NCBI GenBank assembly: GCA_964016885.1
Contig: OZ024744.1
Span: forward strand, 123,504,001 to 123,568,000
DNA from: Eledone cirrhosa
Taxonomy: Eukaryota
Length of the DNA stretch: 64,000 bases
Direction of reading: 5' to 3'
In this document: positions 38,987-52,244 of the stretch, in pieces
Layout: each line of letters begins with the position of its first letter
How positions within the stretch are numbered: the first letter of the stretch is position 1
Notes under the pieces: generated by a model
What the model saw: the letters and a program-made list of their open reading frames with translations, nothing else
What the model was told of the DNA's origin: nothing
The model's database searches: none
Translations under genes and position numbers: made by a program

Positions 38987-41900
38987 ATGGATGTGTTAAG
39001 AGTAGGATGTTTGAATGCACGTGGCCTGGGCTCAACTTGGAAGCAAGCAAAGCTTCTAAATGACCTCAGGTCACGTGGTATAAATGTAATGGTTATCTGT
39101 GAGACTCGGATCAGCGTCGTGCGGCAGCTGGCCCCTACCTTCGATAACTTTGAGGTGCATGCATCTCTCTGTCAACATGGAGGTGGGGGTGGGGTTGTCG
39201 TACTGCTGGAAAAACACCTGGGTCTCGCCGTACAGGTTGTTCACTCGGACCCGGAGGGTCGTTTGTTGGTGCTAGACGTTGACAGTAGTGAAGGTGCGGC
39301 CTTGAGACTGGTCGCCATCTACTCCCCTTTCGGAGCTGAACGACCCGACTTCTTCCAGCGTCTGGAGACTTTTCTGGGAACGTCGCGTTCCCTGCTTCTA
39401 GCGGGGGACTGGAATGACATCCTAGATGCACGTTGGGACTATGCAGGAGCATGTCCTAATAGAGGGGGGTGTAACAGCCTCAAGGGGTTACTCGACCGTT
39501 TTAACTTGGTCGATAGATATCGACTAGATTTTCCAACTGTGCCAACCTGGACTTGGACGAACCACAGTGGTCAATCTAGATCGTACTTAGATAGATTCTT
39601 AGTTAGAAGTAAGGATAGGGACATATTAAGCTGTCCAGAAATGCTCACGGTTGGCTATACGGATCACAAATTAGTGACCTGCGTAGTCAATCTTGAGAAA
39701 ACACATAAACAGGGTCCCGGTTACTGGAAACTTAATTTGTCTTTACCGGCAAAAGAGACTTACAGAAACCGGATTAGCAGATTAGTTAAGGAGAGTTTAA
39801 CGGGTGCAATCGTCAACAATCGATGGTAGGCATCTCTCAAAAGAGAGATTAGAACAGAATCAATAAGTTATAGCAAGATGTTAGCTGCCGGTAGGAATAG
39901 AAACGAGAAAGAATTAACAGGTAAATTAGAAGAGGCAATCAAGAGTGAAGATGTGGCCAGAGTACTGGCATCGAGGACGGCCTTGAGCCAGTTTTTCGAT
40001 GCAAAGCACGAAGGCTGCGTCATTCGAAGTAAAATACGTGCTCTAGGTAATGAGGGGGCCAAAGCCATTGGCTGGGCCCGCGTGACAGAAGCTAAGAGTG
40101 GAAATCGATCCACCATCCGGTCTTTGCAAGACGAGGATGGACGGGTAATCCGGGAGCCTAAGCAGATGTGCGAGGCCTTTAAAAGGCACTTTGCCCGATT
40201 ATTCGAGGGAGGCGAGGGTCCGGGCAGGGACGTGGATTTCAGTCCATACCTCGACGGCCTGCCGCGTCTCTCGAGCGAAGAGGCAGAGTCCTGCGAGGGA
40301 CCAATCTCGGCTGATGAGATCGGGGATGCGCTGAGCCAATGCAGCAGACGCAAATCTCCAGGTCTCGATGGTATACCTTACGAACTTTATTTAGCAATGC
40401 CGGTCTTCTTCTCCGAACTCCTCGAAGCGGTCTACTGCAATTGGCAGCAGAACGGGAGAATTCCTTGTTCTGTAGCCAAGGGCGTAGTCTCGCTGGTGAG
40501 GAAGGACGAGAACAAGGGGGATAGTATAAATCATTTTCGGCCCATAACCCTGCTAAACACAGAGTTAAAGATTTTGGCCAAGGTGTTAGCAAAGAGGTTG
40601 GCGCTTGTCGTGGGTGGCCTGCTGGGAGATGCGCAGACATGTGCTATCCTATCCAGGTCCATTCACGATAACCTCCACCTCATGCGATACATCATAGAGA
40701 GGGTTGGCAACAAACCCGACTTCGGTGGGGCCCTGATCAACTTGGATCAGTCTAAGGCATTCGATAGGGTCGACCATGGTTACCTGGATGCGTTGCTAGC
40801 GGCGGCTGGGTTTGGTCCTGTTTTCAGAGGCTGGATCACTGCCTTACATAGCAACCACATCTGTTCTAGGATCAAGGTGAACGGCTACCTTTCGAAGCCA
40901 TTCGAAATCACACGATCCATTCGACAGGGGTGCCCTCTCTCCTCCCTTCTGTACGTATTGACTCTCGAGCCTTTACTGCGGAAGTTGGAGTTGTTGCAGG
41001 GTATCCCCCTGGAACCAGGATTGAGCAAAGTGGTGTCGGCCTACGCCGATGACGTAACAGTAATGGTATCGACCGACTCGGAGATCGAGGCGATCGGTAC
41101 CTTACTGGAGGATTACGAAAGGTTGTCAGGAGCGAAACTGAACCGGGAAAAATCCATCGGAACGTGGAGAGGCAGACCGATGCCTCCCGACGGTGTCGTC
41201 GGACACTGGACGGAGGGCCCAGTGAAGTTGCTTGGGGTCTGGTTTGGACCGGACCTCCAGGTGGAAAAGAACTGGGACGAGGTTACGAACAAGGTGTTTG
41301 CACTAACCCAGAAATGGGCCAAGTGTAAGGTGTCCCTAAAAGGTCGGGCGGAGGTGGCGAACATTTACATAGCGTCCGTCACTTACTACCGCCTGACTGT
41401 CGTACCTTGCCCTAAGGAAACACTCACCACCATGGAACGCATGCTCTTCCAATTTCTTTGGAAGAAGCGCCCTCCTATGGTGAGAAGATCCATCTGCTGC
41501 CAACAACCATCGAAAGGAGGGCTGGGGATGTCGTGGTTGATGATGCGTAGGCACGCATTAAGGCTACGGCACCTAAAGGTATTCCTCACTGGTCAACCGG
41601 TGTGGGCTCCGTTCGTGAAACGAGCCTTTCCGAGACTCGTCTCGCTCACTGAGCTGCAGTCCTGGGTCAAGCAAAGATCCGGAAAACTGGGAGACTGGCA
41701 CACTGAGTGTGCCCAGGCGCTCAGGGCTCTCTGGCAAGCGGGCCCGGTCATCGGTGGAGAATCCACCTCATCATTCTATAGAGGGCTGGTGGCTAGCAGG
41801 GGCGATGACACCCTTGGAGAGTCTCTGGACATGGAAGAGGACGAACTGGCCAGCCTGTTCGGTAGGACTTTCGGCCCAGGACCAATGGACAACTTCCAGA

Positions 41901-42402
41901 AGTCACTAGCCTGGCAGTGCTACCGGGGGGCTCTATCCGTTCGAGAGAGGCTCTACAGACACGGGTGCCCGGGCAGGGATCCCTCGAAAAAGATTTGCCC
42001 TAGATGCGTGCGTCACGAAGAAACCATTGCGCACGCATTGGTGCAATGTCCGGGCGTGGCTGATCTGTGGGGCTACGCCGAACGACTGCTGTCGCCGATT
42101 CGATTGACCGCCGAGTCCGTGATGACAATCAAGCCGCCTCCCCTCTTCACAAAGGAAGCAAAGGCGGTTTTTCTGTGCGTAATAGCCATGTTGAAAGAGG
42201 TTGTTTGGTGGACACGATTGAAAGGTCTGAGGTCAGGCAACTTCCTCTCTGGCCATAGTCTGGTCTACTTCTTCCGATATCACTTCGGAAGAAGGATAAG
42301 AATGGAGAGAGAGGTGCTTGGCCACGGGCAGTTTTATGAAGGTGGGTGATAGTGGCGAGAATGGCTCGTGTAAATGGGCCTTCTCTGTATACCATCCTGT
42401 AG
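38987..42402 (+). pseudogene. ORF2 of copy 5 (EN-RT), with one internal stop and a late frameshift
   Basis: 280-aa and 823-aa segments in the same frame, separated by a stop (TGG>TAG at 39827). Confidence 0.94.
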
Positions 42403-42652
42403 GTAAAGAAGTGAAGGAGAGGGGAGCACCTTCTCCATGTGCTCCCCGGGCAAAGGATTGCACACTTTTTCGGGGGTGTATGCAACCCCCATCACGTCCC
42501 CTCCCTTTTGAGGTTGTTTTCGATTATTTTCATTTTATACCCTTTTTACTCGATTTTATGTAAACCCCCCCTTTGTATTTGTCCCTTCTTTTTATGCCTT
42601 TATGGTAAATAAAGAAATCTATCTATCTATCTATCTAGCTGTATATCTGTCT

Positions 42653-43873
42653 AATGGAGCGCGCGCTCTTCCAATTCCTTTGGAAGAGGCGGGCTCCTTT
42701 GGTGAGAAGATCCATCTGCTGCCAACACCCTTCTAACGGAGGGCTGGGGATGCCGTGGCTGACGATGCGCAAACACGCGCTCAGGCTGCGGCATCTCTAC
42801 GTATTCTTCACCGGACAACCGGTGTGGGCCCCGTTCGTGAGGCGAACCTTCCCACGACTCGTCTCGCTGACCGAGCTGCAGCCCTGGGTCAAGCAAAGAC
42901 CGAGAAAAATGGGCGACTGGCACATCGAATGTGCTCAGGCTCTCACAGCCCTCTAGCAGGCGGACCCGGCGATCAGTGGAGACTCCACTTCGTCATTCTA
43001 TAGAGGGTTGATCCGCAGCAAATGCGACGACGCGCTCGGTGAAACTCTAGGCGTAGAGGAAGATGAACTGGCCAGTCTGTTCGGTAGGACCTTACGCCCG
43101 GGACCGATGGACAACTTCCAAAAGTCCCTGGCCTGGCAGTGCTACCGAGGAGCTCTACCAGTTCGAGACAAGCTCTACAGACATGGGCGCCCGGGCAGGG
43201 ACCCTGCAAAAAAGATCTGTCCGAGGTGCGTGCGTAACGAAGAAACTGTCGCGCACGCATTCATACACTGCCCGGGCGTCACCGACCTGTGGGGCTATGT
43301 AGAACGACTATTGTCGCGGGTGGGACCAATCCGGTTGACCACCGAGTCCATTGTCATGATCAAACCGCCACCCTCCTTCAAAAACGAAGGAGAGGCGGTT
43401 TTCCTTTGTGTGATAGCTATGGCGAAAGAGGTTGTATGGTGGACAAGGTTGAAAGGGCTGAGGTCAGACACCTTTCTCTCCGGCCAACAACTGATTCTTT
43501 TTTTCAAATACCACTTTGGAAGAAGAATCAGGATGGAGAGAGAGGTGCTGTACCCCAGCAAGTTTTATGAAAGGTGGGTGAAAGTGGCGAGAATGGCCCG
43601 AGTGAATGGGCCTTCTCTCTATATCAGCCTGTAGGTTGAGGAAAAGGAGGAGGAGAGGAAAGGAGTAGAAACACTTCGTACTCCTGGAGATGAGGGTTGC
43701 ACATTTTTTCGGGGGTATGTGTTACCCATATGAAATGTCTCCCCCTATTGGGGAAAATCGACTAATTTTTTAAATTGCATTTGTGATAACATTTTACACG
43801 TCTTTATTGTATGTAAACTTCCCCCTTTGTATTTGTCCCCTTCTTTTGTGCCCCTGTGGCTAATAAAGAAACA
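42653..43873 (+). mobile_element. Tx1 5'-truncated copy 6
   Basis: ORF2 C-terminal third plus 3' UTR; TATC repeats on both sides. Confidence 0.93.
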
Positions 43874-44106
43874 TATCTATCTATCTATACATGCCTATCT
43901 ATCTATACCTACCTATCGATCTGTCAATCGATCTACAGGTGATAGATTATTAATTATTTCAACATATTTCGAGGTAACAATTATAATTCTTATAATTACT
44001 AGTTAGTTTCACATAATTTAACGAATTATCTATTTTCCTTCTATTTTCTTTTGAATCAAAACATTCTACAATTACTAAAAGTAATACTACTACTAATAAT
44101 AATAAT

Positions 44107-44193
44107 TGTTTCTACTTTTGGCACAAGGCCAGCAATTATCCCAGTGCATTACTGGTACTTTATTTTATCGACCCCGTAAGGATGAAAGGCAAA
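44107..44193 (-). mobile_element. SINE 3' fragment, same family as 22305
   Basis: Reverse complement of CTTTGCCTTTCATCCTTACGGGGTCGATAAAATAAAGTACCAG. Confidence 0.8.
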
Positions 44194-44914
44194 GGACCGA
44201 CATATAATAATCATAATAGTTTTTCATATATTATAATGGTTTATAACACTGGCTTCGTTGATTTATTATGGCTAGAAAATATGATGGTTTGGACACTTTC
44301 AAGAACATCTTTGATTAAATAATAGATAGAACAGAGTTACAGAGTCGATTTATCATCAAATCTAGTTCAGTTCAGTCACTGTTTGTTACCGATCAATCAA
44401 TCAATCACTGATAATCGATCTTCCATCGATTTCAATAATGAAAATTCTGTACAGTGCTCAGGTGTACTATATATTTGCAATAAAATTTGTAACAAAAAAA
44501 TAATATACACTAATTAATAAATTTGCATTCAGTTGCTGCATCAGTCGAATTTCGTGAGTTAACATTTAAGTCATATAAGTGGTTGAGTATTCCACAGCCA
44601 CTTATAACCATTAATATTTAATAATCACAGCCGAATCAGCATAATATGCGAGCCACTGAATTACGGGCACAGTCCACCACAATAAATCCGATTTACGTCT
44701 TAACTAATTTCACCTCTATGTTTAAAATAGGGTTAACTAGAAGCTATGGGAAAGTAACTCAAGATTCGAAATAGCAAGATTGAACCCAGGGGCGAGGGAG
44801 GTCTCAAGAACCACTTAACCACTTAACAGCTATACCTACGCCCTTATCAATGATAGCAACCACACCATAAGAATTCTTGATTATAGCTTAAATATTATTA
44901 GATAATTACAAGTA

Positions 44915-45150
44915 CTCTCCGATATTACAGACATGTAGTTAGAATGTCTCAGGAAAGAATCACTGGACAGTTTTTACGGGTAAAACCATTGACAGGAGAC
45001 CCAAGGGTAGACCCTCCCGAACAAGATGGTTGGATAACATCTATGATCTTAGCTGGTCTCACTTGGAGATCCAGCCGGATCAGCTGGAGACGATTGCTTC
45101 TGACAGGACCAGCAGGAAGGAGTGTCTGAGGACTCTGACCCCACGAATAA
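44915..45150 (+). mobile_element. RTE-like LINE 3' remnant (second family; also ~48600-49058 and ~58787-58960 on the minus strand)
   Basis: The three loci share a KPTGRRPRGRPRARWLDNIHE-like coding remnant. Confidence 0.7.
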
Positions 45151-45314
45151 GTGAGTGAAAAAGAAGAAACAAGGCTTCCCAGTAAAAGTAATTTAAGAAT
45201 TATGCCCCTTCCTCCTCATGGGAAGTTACTCTGAAATATCTTAAATGTTTATCCTCTGTACAATGAAATTATTATTAATTTATAATAATAATAATAATAA
45301 TAATATATATATAC

Positions 45315-45390
<76 letters not shown>

Positions 45391-46135
45391 ATAATAATAA
45401 ATTTGAAGACTAAAATCCAAAGAGGGCTCGATAAGGATAAATATATATCAAATATATCAGAACCGTATATAAATTTAAGTAAAATACAGCACCATATCAC
45501 CACATATATATATCATGCACCTTGATTGATCTTGGTGTTGAATTGTTGTAAAACAACAATAAAAGACAATTTATAAATATTTTATGTGGCTTCACTGGAT
45601 ACAAGAGGAGATAACTCACGAAAATACAGTTGATAGATTTTTGTATTTCATTTATATAAAATAAATTTATATATAATGGTTTATAATTTAAGAACAATGC
45701 CAGCAATTTATATTCTGATGGATTTTGGGAGGGCCGTGCTGCCAATGAAAAATGTACACATCTTTTAGATATCACCGAAATTCGGCAATTCCCATAAATT
45801 TTCTTAAATTTCTTTAAAAGGAAAAAAAGAAATTAAACTAAATTAAATCTCGTAAGTCTTTTCTTTGAAAAAGAAATGAAGTTCCATACGTTGAAATATA
45901 TCCTTTTAATATATTTTGTTTTGTGTAAATACGTAAAAGAATATTCACCAGTCCACGAAACAAAATATATAATTCTATATAAAGAAATAAGTTAAGTTAA
46001 TAAAAACAAATTTTTTTAAGTTTATAAAACCAAAAAATGTTTTTCTGGAAACAAAAGAAGGTACTTTGACAACAAGGATAAAGAAGGACTTTCCCCACAC
46101 TTTTTGTTGTTTAAAGAAAATCGAAAGTTCAAGTA

Positions 46136-46387
46136 TCAAGTTCGCGGGACATTTTTCTTGCGAACAGGTTTTCTAATTAAACCTTTAAACCACGCTGCCA
46201 TCCTTGAAAGTCTGCCTGGTTGTTCATTAGCTTTCGTTTTACTTTTGCGTTTAACATTTCGTTTTTTAGGTACTTTCCTTCTGTTACATTTTCTTGAATT
46301 ACTCCGTATTTTATTGTTACTTGGAGCTCTCCGTTTCCGTAAAATATACCGCCGCTTGGGTCTTCTAAAATCAGAATCGGGATTCAT
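46136..46387 (-). CDS. Candidate small, highly basic protein (83 aa, 33 Arg+Lys); protamine-like composition
   Basis: Intact ORF in non-repetitive DNA, GCAAAATG start context, upstream CRE-like motifs and a downstream ATTAAA. No homology recognised. Confidence 0.45.
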   Translation of the reverse strand: MNPDSDFRRPKRRYILRKRRAPSNNKIRSNSRKCNRRKVPKKRNVKRKSKTKANEQPGRLSRMAAWFKGLIRKPVRKKNVPRT

Positions 46388-46482
46388 TTTGCTATTGTAA
46401 CAAAGTGTGTATCGACATCCAGTCTCCTCAAAAGGATCCGATAAACCGTTGAAAATATGGATGTCGGATATTGGCGTCCTTC

Positions 46483-46514
46483 TTTAAATGACGTCCTTAA
46501 ATGACGTCATTTAA
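46483..46514. promoter_or_regulatory. Tandem CRE-like sites (TGACGTCC, TGACGTCA); the perfect site lies in an 18-bp palindrome TTAAATGACGTCATTTAA
   Basis: Perfect TGACGTCA at 46502-46509, ~115 bp upstream of the basic ORF. Confidence 0.4.
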
Positions 46515-46789
46515 ACAGGGACGACAATTGACTCTAACGTTTTATTTCTTGATTATTTTAATTCAGCATAGACTTTATATATACTGCAGATATAAGAAGG
46601 TGTATTGAGGATTACGTTATGTCTATAGTTCTATAAACATTGAAAAGATGAAACACTATAGATAAGTTAATGTGGTGTGGTAAATAAATATATACATATA
46701 TACAACAGGTCTGAACACAAAAGAACCAAACTCCCACTGTCACTGCCTCCCGCTCTCCCCATCTCTTACTATTATAAACAAATGGGGGT

Positions 46790-47222
46790 CCACACGCTTG
46801 CCACCCAGTGACCCGGGTAGACAGAATAGAGAAGGTGTTTCCCGGAGGATGGTGAGCCATTCCAGCCGGCTAGGCTCGCACCTGCGGGTAACCAACTTTG
46901 TGCCGACGAGAGGTGGTCCTAGGGCCAAGGATACCAGAAGTCTCCACTGCTGGGAGTTTAGCCTCCTCAGCCCGAAGTGCAACAGAGCCTGGATTAGACG
47001 CAGAATGCACCAGGTTGCCGCTGCATGTGGCATCTCAGATGAACAGTTTACCACCGCGGAACGGGAAGATGGTCATGTCCCCTCGGTCCAGCCCCGCCGG
47101 CTCGAGTTCGGAGAAGAAGCCTACAACATCCAACACATGCTTTATGATCTTGTTGAGACAACATGGCGTGGAAGGTGGCCGGCACTGTAGCGACAGGACA
47201 ACGGAGGTCGAAAGAGTCTACA
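46790..47222 (-). mobile_element. Degenerate CRE-type (restriction-like endonuclease) non-LTR retrotransposon 3' fragment
   Basis: Frameshifted translation: LSCRYSAGHLPRH...ELEPAGLDRGD..MTIFPFRGGKLFI*DATC...AVETSGILGP...GNTFSIL. Confidence 0.72.
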
Positions 47223-47459
47223 GTGGAAATAAAACGTTAGTTTTTTTTTATTTAGCTTATTTTATTGTAAAATTTTATTTTATTCACAGTTGTATAAATA
47301 ACATTACAAATCGTTTACAATTCTTTCAGAATGAAAATATAAACAGAGTATATAAATAAATTTACAGTAGAATAACATAACAAATATGTTTTAAATATAT
47401 ACATAAATAACATTACAAATGCTTAAATAACATTATAAATTGCTCGCGATTCTTTCCAG

Positions 47460-48210
47460 CGCCAAATACTCAGGCGACTGAGTTGATGCCCTACCCGTGG
47501 CCAACGTTGGTGGCCTACTCAGCCCTCAGAGTGGGAGCTGACGTTTGCATGGGTTTAAGGTGCCGATGCGGCAAACTCCTCGACTCCACAGGCCTCCGCG
47601 GTCTTTCTTGCCGCCTGAATGCCGGCCACTTCGCACGTCACACGGAGCTAAACCTCATCCTCAAGAGAGCTTTGGCCTGGGCGAACATCTCCCCAATCTT
47701 AGAACCATCTAGGTTGTCCAGAAGTGACGGCAAGAGACCTGACGGCCTTACCCTGTGCCCCTGGTCGAGAGGCAGGTGCCCTGTCTGGGACGTCACTGTT
47801 AGTGACTCTTTTGCTCTTTCCCACATCCTGGATGCTGCGGTTAGGACGAGAGCCACAGCTTCTGCAGCCGAGCGGAGTAAGACCCTCAGATACTCTGATC
47901 TGTCGGCCAGCTACATTTTTCAGCCTGTGGCTTTCGAGACGTTTGGGGGAGTCGGGCCGCTGACTGTGAGGTTCCTCTCTTCACTGGCGGCTCGCCTAAT
48001 AGAGGTAACTAGCGAATCTCGCGAGGGCACTTGATTGTTTCAGCGCATTAGCCTCGCCATCACCAGAGGCAACGCTGCCAGTGTGCTGGCTTGCCTAAAA
48101 AATCATTAGAGAGGTTGCCCAGTACCCCTCGCTGCTGTCTTTTGCTCTGGTGTTGACTCAGTTCACCCCTTCCTTTACATTTTCTTTAATATTGTAAAAT
48201 AGACTTTAAA
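47460..48210 (+). mobile_element. CRE-type non-LTR retrotransposon 3' fragment (Cys motif plus PD-(D/E)xK endonuclease)
   Basis: CRCG...LSC...RH...DGKRPDGLTLCPW..WDVT...KTLRY...PVAFETFG...QRISLAITRGNA. Confidence 0.88.
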
Positions 48211-48221
48211 CTGAACTGAAG

Positions 48222-48525
48222 CACCCGTCAGTTACGACGATGAGTGTTCCAGTTGATCCGATTAACAGAACAGCCTGCTCATAAAATTAACGTGCAAGTG
48301 ACTGAGCATTCCACAGATATGTGGACACTTAACGTAGTTCTCAGGGAGATTCAACGTGACACAGAATGTGACAATGCTGGTTCTTCGAATTACACGTACA
48401 ATTTATTTTTGCCAGCTGAGTGGACTGGAGCAACGTGAAATAAAATGTCTTGCTCAGGGACACAACACATCGCCAGGAATCGAACTGACAACCTTACGAT
48501 TGTAAACCCTAACCACAATGCCATG
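48222..48525 (-). mobile_element. tRNA-derived SINE, second family
   Basis: Minus-strand B-box GTTCGATTCC followed by a TGTGTCCCTGAGCAAGACA central domain. Confidence 0.75.
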
Positions 48526-49111
48526 AGCCATCACAACATAGATCTTCTTCTTCTTCTTCTTTCTTTTTCTTTTTCTTTTTCTTTTTCTTTTTCTTCGTCT
48601 TCTTCTCGTGGAGGCAGAGTCCTCAAACACTCCTTCCAGTTGGGTCCTGTCAAAAGCAACAGTCTCCAAATAATCCAGCTGGCTGCCCAAGCGAGACCAT
48701 CCATGTTCATGAATGTTATCCAACCATCTTGCACGGGGTCTACCCCTGGGTCTCCTACCAGTTGGTTTTTGCCTGTAAAATCTGTTCAGTGATTCTTTCC
48801 TGAGACATTCTAACCACATGTCTGTAATATCAGAGCTGTGATCTCTCAATTCAGAGAAGTAGTGGCTCTACCTGGAGTGACTCTCTGATCTCCAAGTTAT
48901 GCACTCTATCGAGTAACGTTACTCTGAAGACCCTTCATAGGAACCCCCATTTCGGCACACCTGCATTCACAATCGTATTCTTTTGGTCATTACTCAAGAT
49001 TCATAGGTAAGGGTTGGCACGAATACTGAATTGAAGATAGCGAGTTTTACTTTTACAATTAATACTGAATGCTGAGATCCCTCTGATCTGGTTTCTTACC
49101 ACACCCTTTTG

Positions 49112-49583
<472 letters not shown>

Positions 49584-49752
49584 TATGTATCAAAAGATTC
49601 AGGACCGCGACGGCTGAGCTCTGGCCGTTTCGACCGGTTGAAATGGCCAGAACTCAGCTGTCAGAGTCCTGAACGTTTTCATATTACCTACTCTACTACC
49701 CCAAGTATCGAGTACTCTAGTGTGTTATGGTCTAGCTGGTTTTTACCACAGC

Positions 49753-49784
<32 letters not shown>

Positions 49785-49786
49785 TT

Positions 49787-50041
49787 AACTGATTCTTTTT
49801 TTCAAATACCACTTTGGAAGAAGAATCAGGATGGAGAGAGAGGTACTGTACCCCAGCAAGTTTTATGAAAGGTGGGTGAAAGTGGCGAGAATGGCCCGAG
49901 TGAATGGGCCTTCTCTCTATATCAGCCTGTAGGTTGAGGAAAAGGAGGAGGAGAGAAAGGAGTACAAACTCTTCGTACTCCTGGAGATGAGGGCTGCACA
50001 TTTTTTCGGGGGTATGTGTTACCCATATGAACTGTCTCCCC

Positions 50042-50045
<4 letters not shown>
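49787..50045 (+). mobile_element. Tx1 fragment (copy 7) embedded in (TATC)n
   Basis: Near-identical to the copy 6 3' end; breaks off at CCTAT into (CTAT)n. Confidence 0.9.
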
Positions 50046-50123
<78 letters not shown>

Positions 50124-50124
<1 letters not shown>

Positions 50125-50685
50125 ACTGCTGTCGCGTATGGGACAAATACAGTTGACTGCCGAGTCCATAGTAAGGATCAAACCGCCAGACTCTTTCAAA
50201 AACGAAAGAGAGGCGGTTTTCCTCTGTACGGTGGCTATGGTGAAAGAAGTTATATGGTGGACGAGGTTGAGAGGACTGAGGACAGATGCCTTTCTCTCCG
50301 GACAACAATTGATTCCCTTCTTTAAGTATCACTTTAGAAGGAGAATCAGGGTGGAGAGAGAGGCACTGCACCCCAGTAAATTTACTGAAAGGTGGGTGAA
50401 TGAAGCGAAAATGGCCCGAGTGATTGGGCCTTCTCTGTTTATAAGCCTGTAGGTTGAGGAAGAGAGCAAAAGGAAGAAAGGAGCACTTGCACAACACGCT
50501 CCTTGAGTTGAGGGTTGTTCTATCGACGGGGTATTAAACAACCCATTTGTGGCGCCTCCCCCCTATTGGGGATTTCGATTGTTGAAATTGTTTGTTTTTA
50601 TATTTTTTACACGACTGTATGTAAAATCCCCGGCATGTCTTTGTATTGTCCCCTTTCTTGTTGCGCCCTTGTGGCTAATAAAGAA

Positions 50686-50686
<1 letters not shown>
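50124..50686 (+). mobile_element. Tx1 5'-truncated copy 8 (another subfamily) embedded in (TATC)n
   Basis: ...EVIWWTRLRG...VIGPSLFISL*, AATAAA; (TATC)n on both sides. Confidence 0.92.
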
Positions 50687-50747
<61 letters not shown>

Positions 50748-51059
50748 GTATAAGATCCCGTTAAGGGTGTAAGCAGCGATTCTTTGCTTAAACTTTAATA
50801 TGTATGTACATATATATATATATATGTTTCGAAAATATTCTTACATATATATATATCAATAATGTTAACAACTGGAAACTATCTTTATAAAACCATATTT
50901 ATTCTATTATATATATTACAAAGGTACCAACATTTTTGGTACGCTCTCATCAGATAAAATACAAAAGTTGTTTTATAGACAGTGACATATTCAAAAACAA
51001 GAACTTATCGCCATTCCATCGCACAATATCTTGGTCAGCCTATAGGTTGACCAAGATTT

Positions 51060-51290
51060 TGTTTCTACTTCTGGCACAAGGCCAGCAATTATTTCAGTGT
51101 ATTACTGGTACTTTATTTTATCGAACCCGTAAGGATGAAAGGCAAAGTTAACCTCGGCGTGATTTGAGGTGAACTTTGCCTTTCATCCTTACGGGGTCGA
51201 TAAAATAAAGTACCAGTAATGCACTGGATCGATTTAGTCGACTTTCCCCTCACCCCAAAATTGTTGGCATTGTACCTAAATCAGAAACCA
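51060..51290. mobile_element. Two SINE fragments head-to-head forming an inverted repeat
   Basis: ~60-bp arms around a 10-nt spacer at ~51155-51164. Confidence 0.8.
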
Positions 51291-51810
51291 ATATCTTGGT
51301 CAGTCTATAAACTTTTCAGACCACCCATCCTCCTATATAAAATACTAGTAGCAAAGGGAGGTAATTTACAACTCTTCTTTCCCAGTATTTATTCTACCTT
51401 ACACCGTCTTCATTCAATCAGTGAATAATCTGGTTTTTTTTAAAAAATAACAATAATAACATCGTTCTATGTGAGTATACATTACAAATAATAACATTAA
51501 TAGAGTCGCTGTTGACTCATATTTTCGTGGAAGTCGTTGTGCTGATATTAGTTTTATCTCATATACTTTCAATGTTATGTAGTAATTAATTCTTTGAAAG
51601 TCTTCAGATACGCCCATGTTTCTTGACCTCTGGACACAACCCCAAATTCTACAGTAAGTATCAATTAGTTATATTATTATACAATAACCATTGTTGTCGT
51701 TGGAGCTGTATATATATATATATATATATACATATGGCTTCTACTGAATTACTGTGGTTACCCCCTATTGAACCCGGGACTCATATATATATAAAGTCTA
51801 ATATAGAAAT

Positions 51811-51862
51811 GGCTTCTACAGGACTAGAACTGTTTCATTCAAAAAAAATCATCAGGAAAGCC
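51811..51862 (-). ncRNA. Hammerhead ribozyme motif
   Basis: GGCTTTC-CTGATGA-...-GAAA-CAG(TTCTAGTC)CTG-TA^GAAGCC. Stems I and III pair; stem II is degraded. Confidence 0.6.
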
Positions 51863-51970
51863 CAGGACTTTTCTGATGATTTCTATATTAAACTCGATGC
51901 TTACACTTTACAAATGTATTGAGTACCTTACTTATTGTGGTTACCTCCAATTGAACTCCGAACTCACACG

Positions 51971-52002
<32 letters not shown>

Positions 52003-52244
52003 ATTTGATACATTATTTAATTATATTTACCCTTCTTTCAAACACAGAAGGAAGTACCATTTTATTTTTTGTACTGAATTCTTCACAATCATTAAAAACA
52101 AACAAATAATTATTTACCAACCCATGTTCAAACATCTATATGTGGCCTTCACTAATATTTACTGTTCTGTATATATATATATATATATAAATGTATACAA
52201 AGAGGTGTGTTTATACAAATGTATATATATATATATGTAAATAT

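Larger units (their letters stand above)
36826..42617 (+). mobile_element. Tx1/L1-clade LINE copy 5, full length, with divergent 5' UTR/ORF1 (subfamily B)
   Basis: ORF1 knuckle CHICAGRGHLKAAC; ORF2 at 38987-42402; AATAAA followed by (TATC)n. Confidence 0.95.

Noticed and set aside
46798-47359. 130-153-aa ORFs on the + strand
   Set aside because: They are antisense to a degenerate CRE-type retrotransposon fragment.
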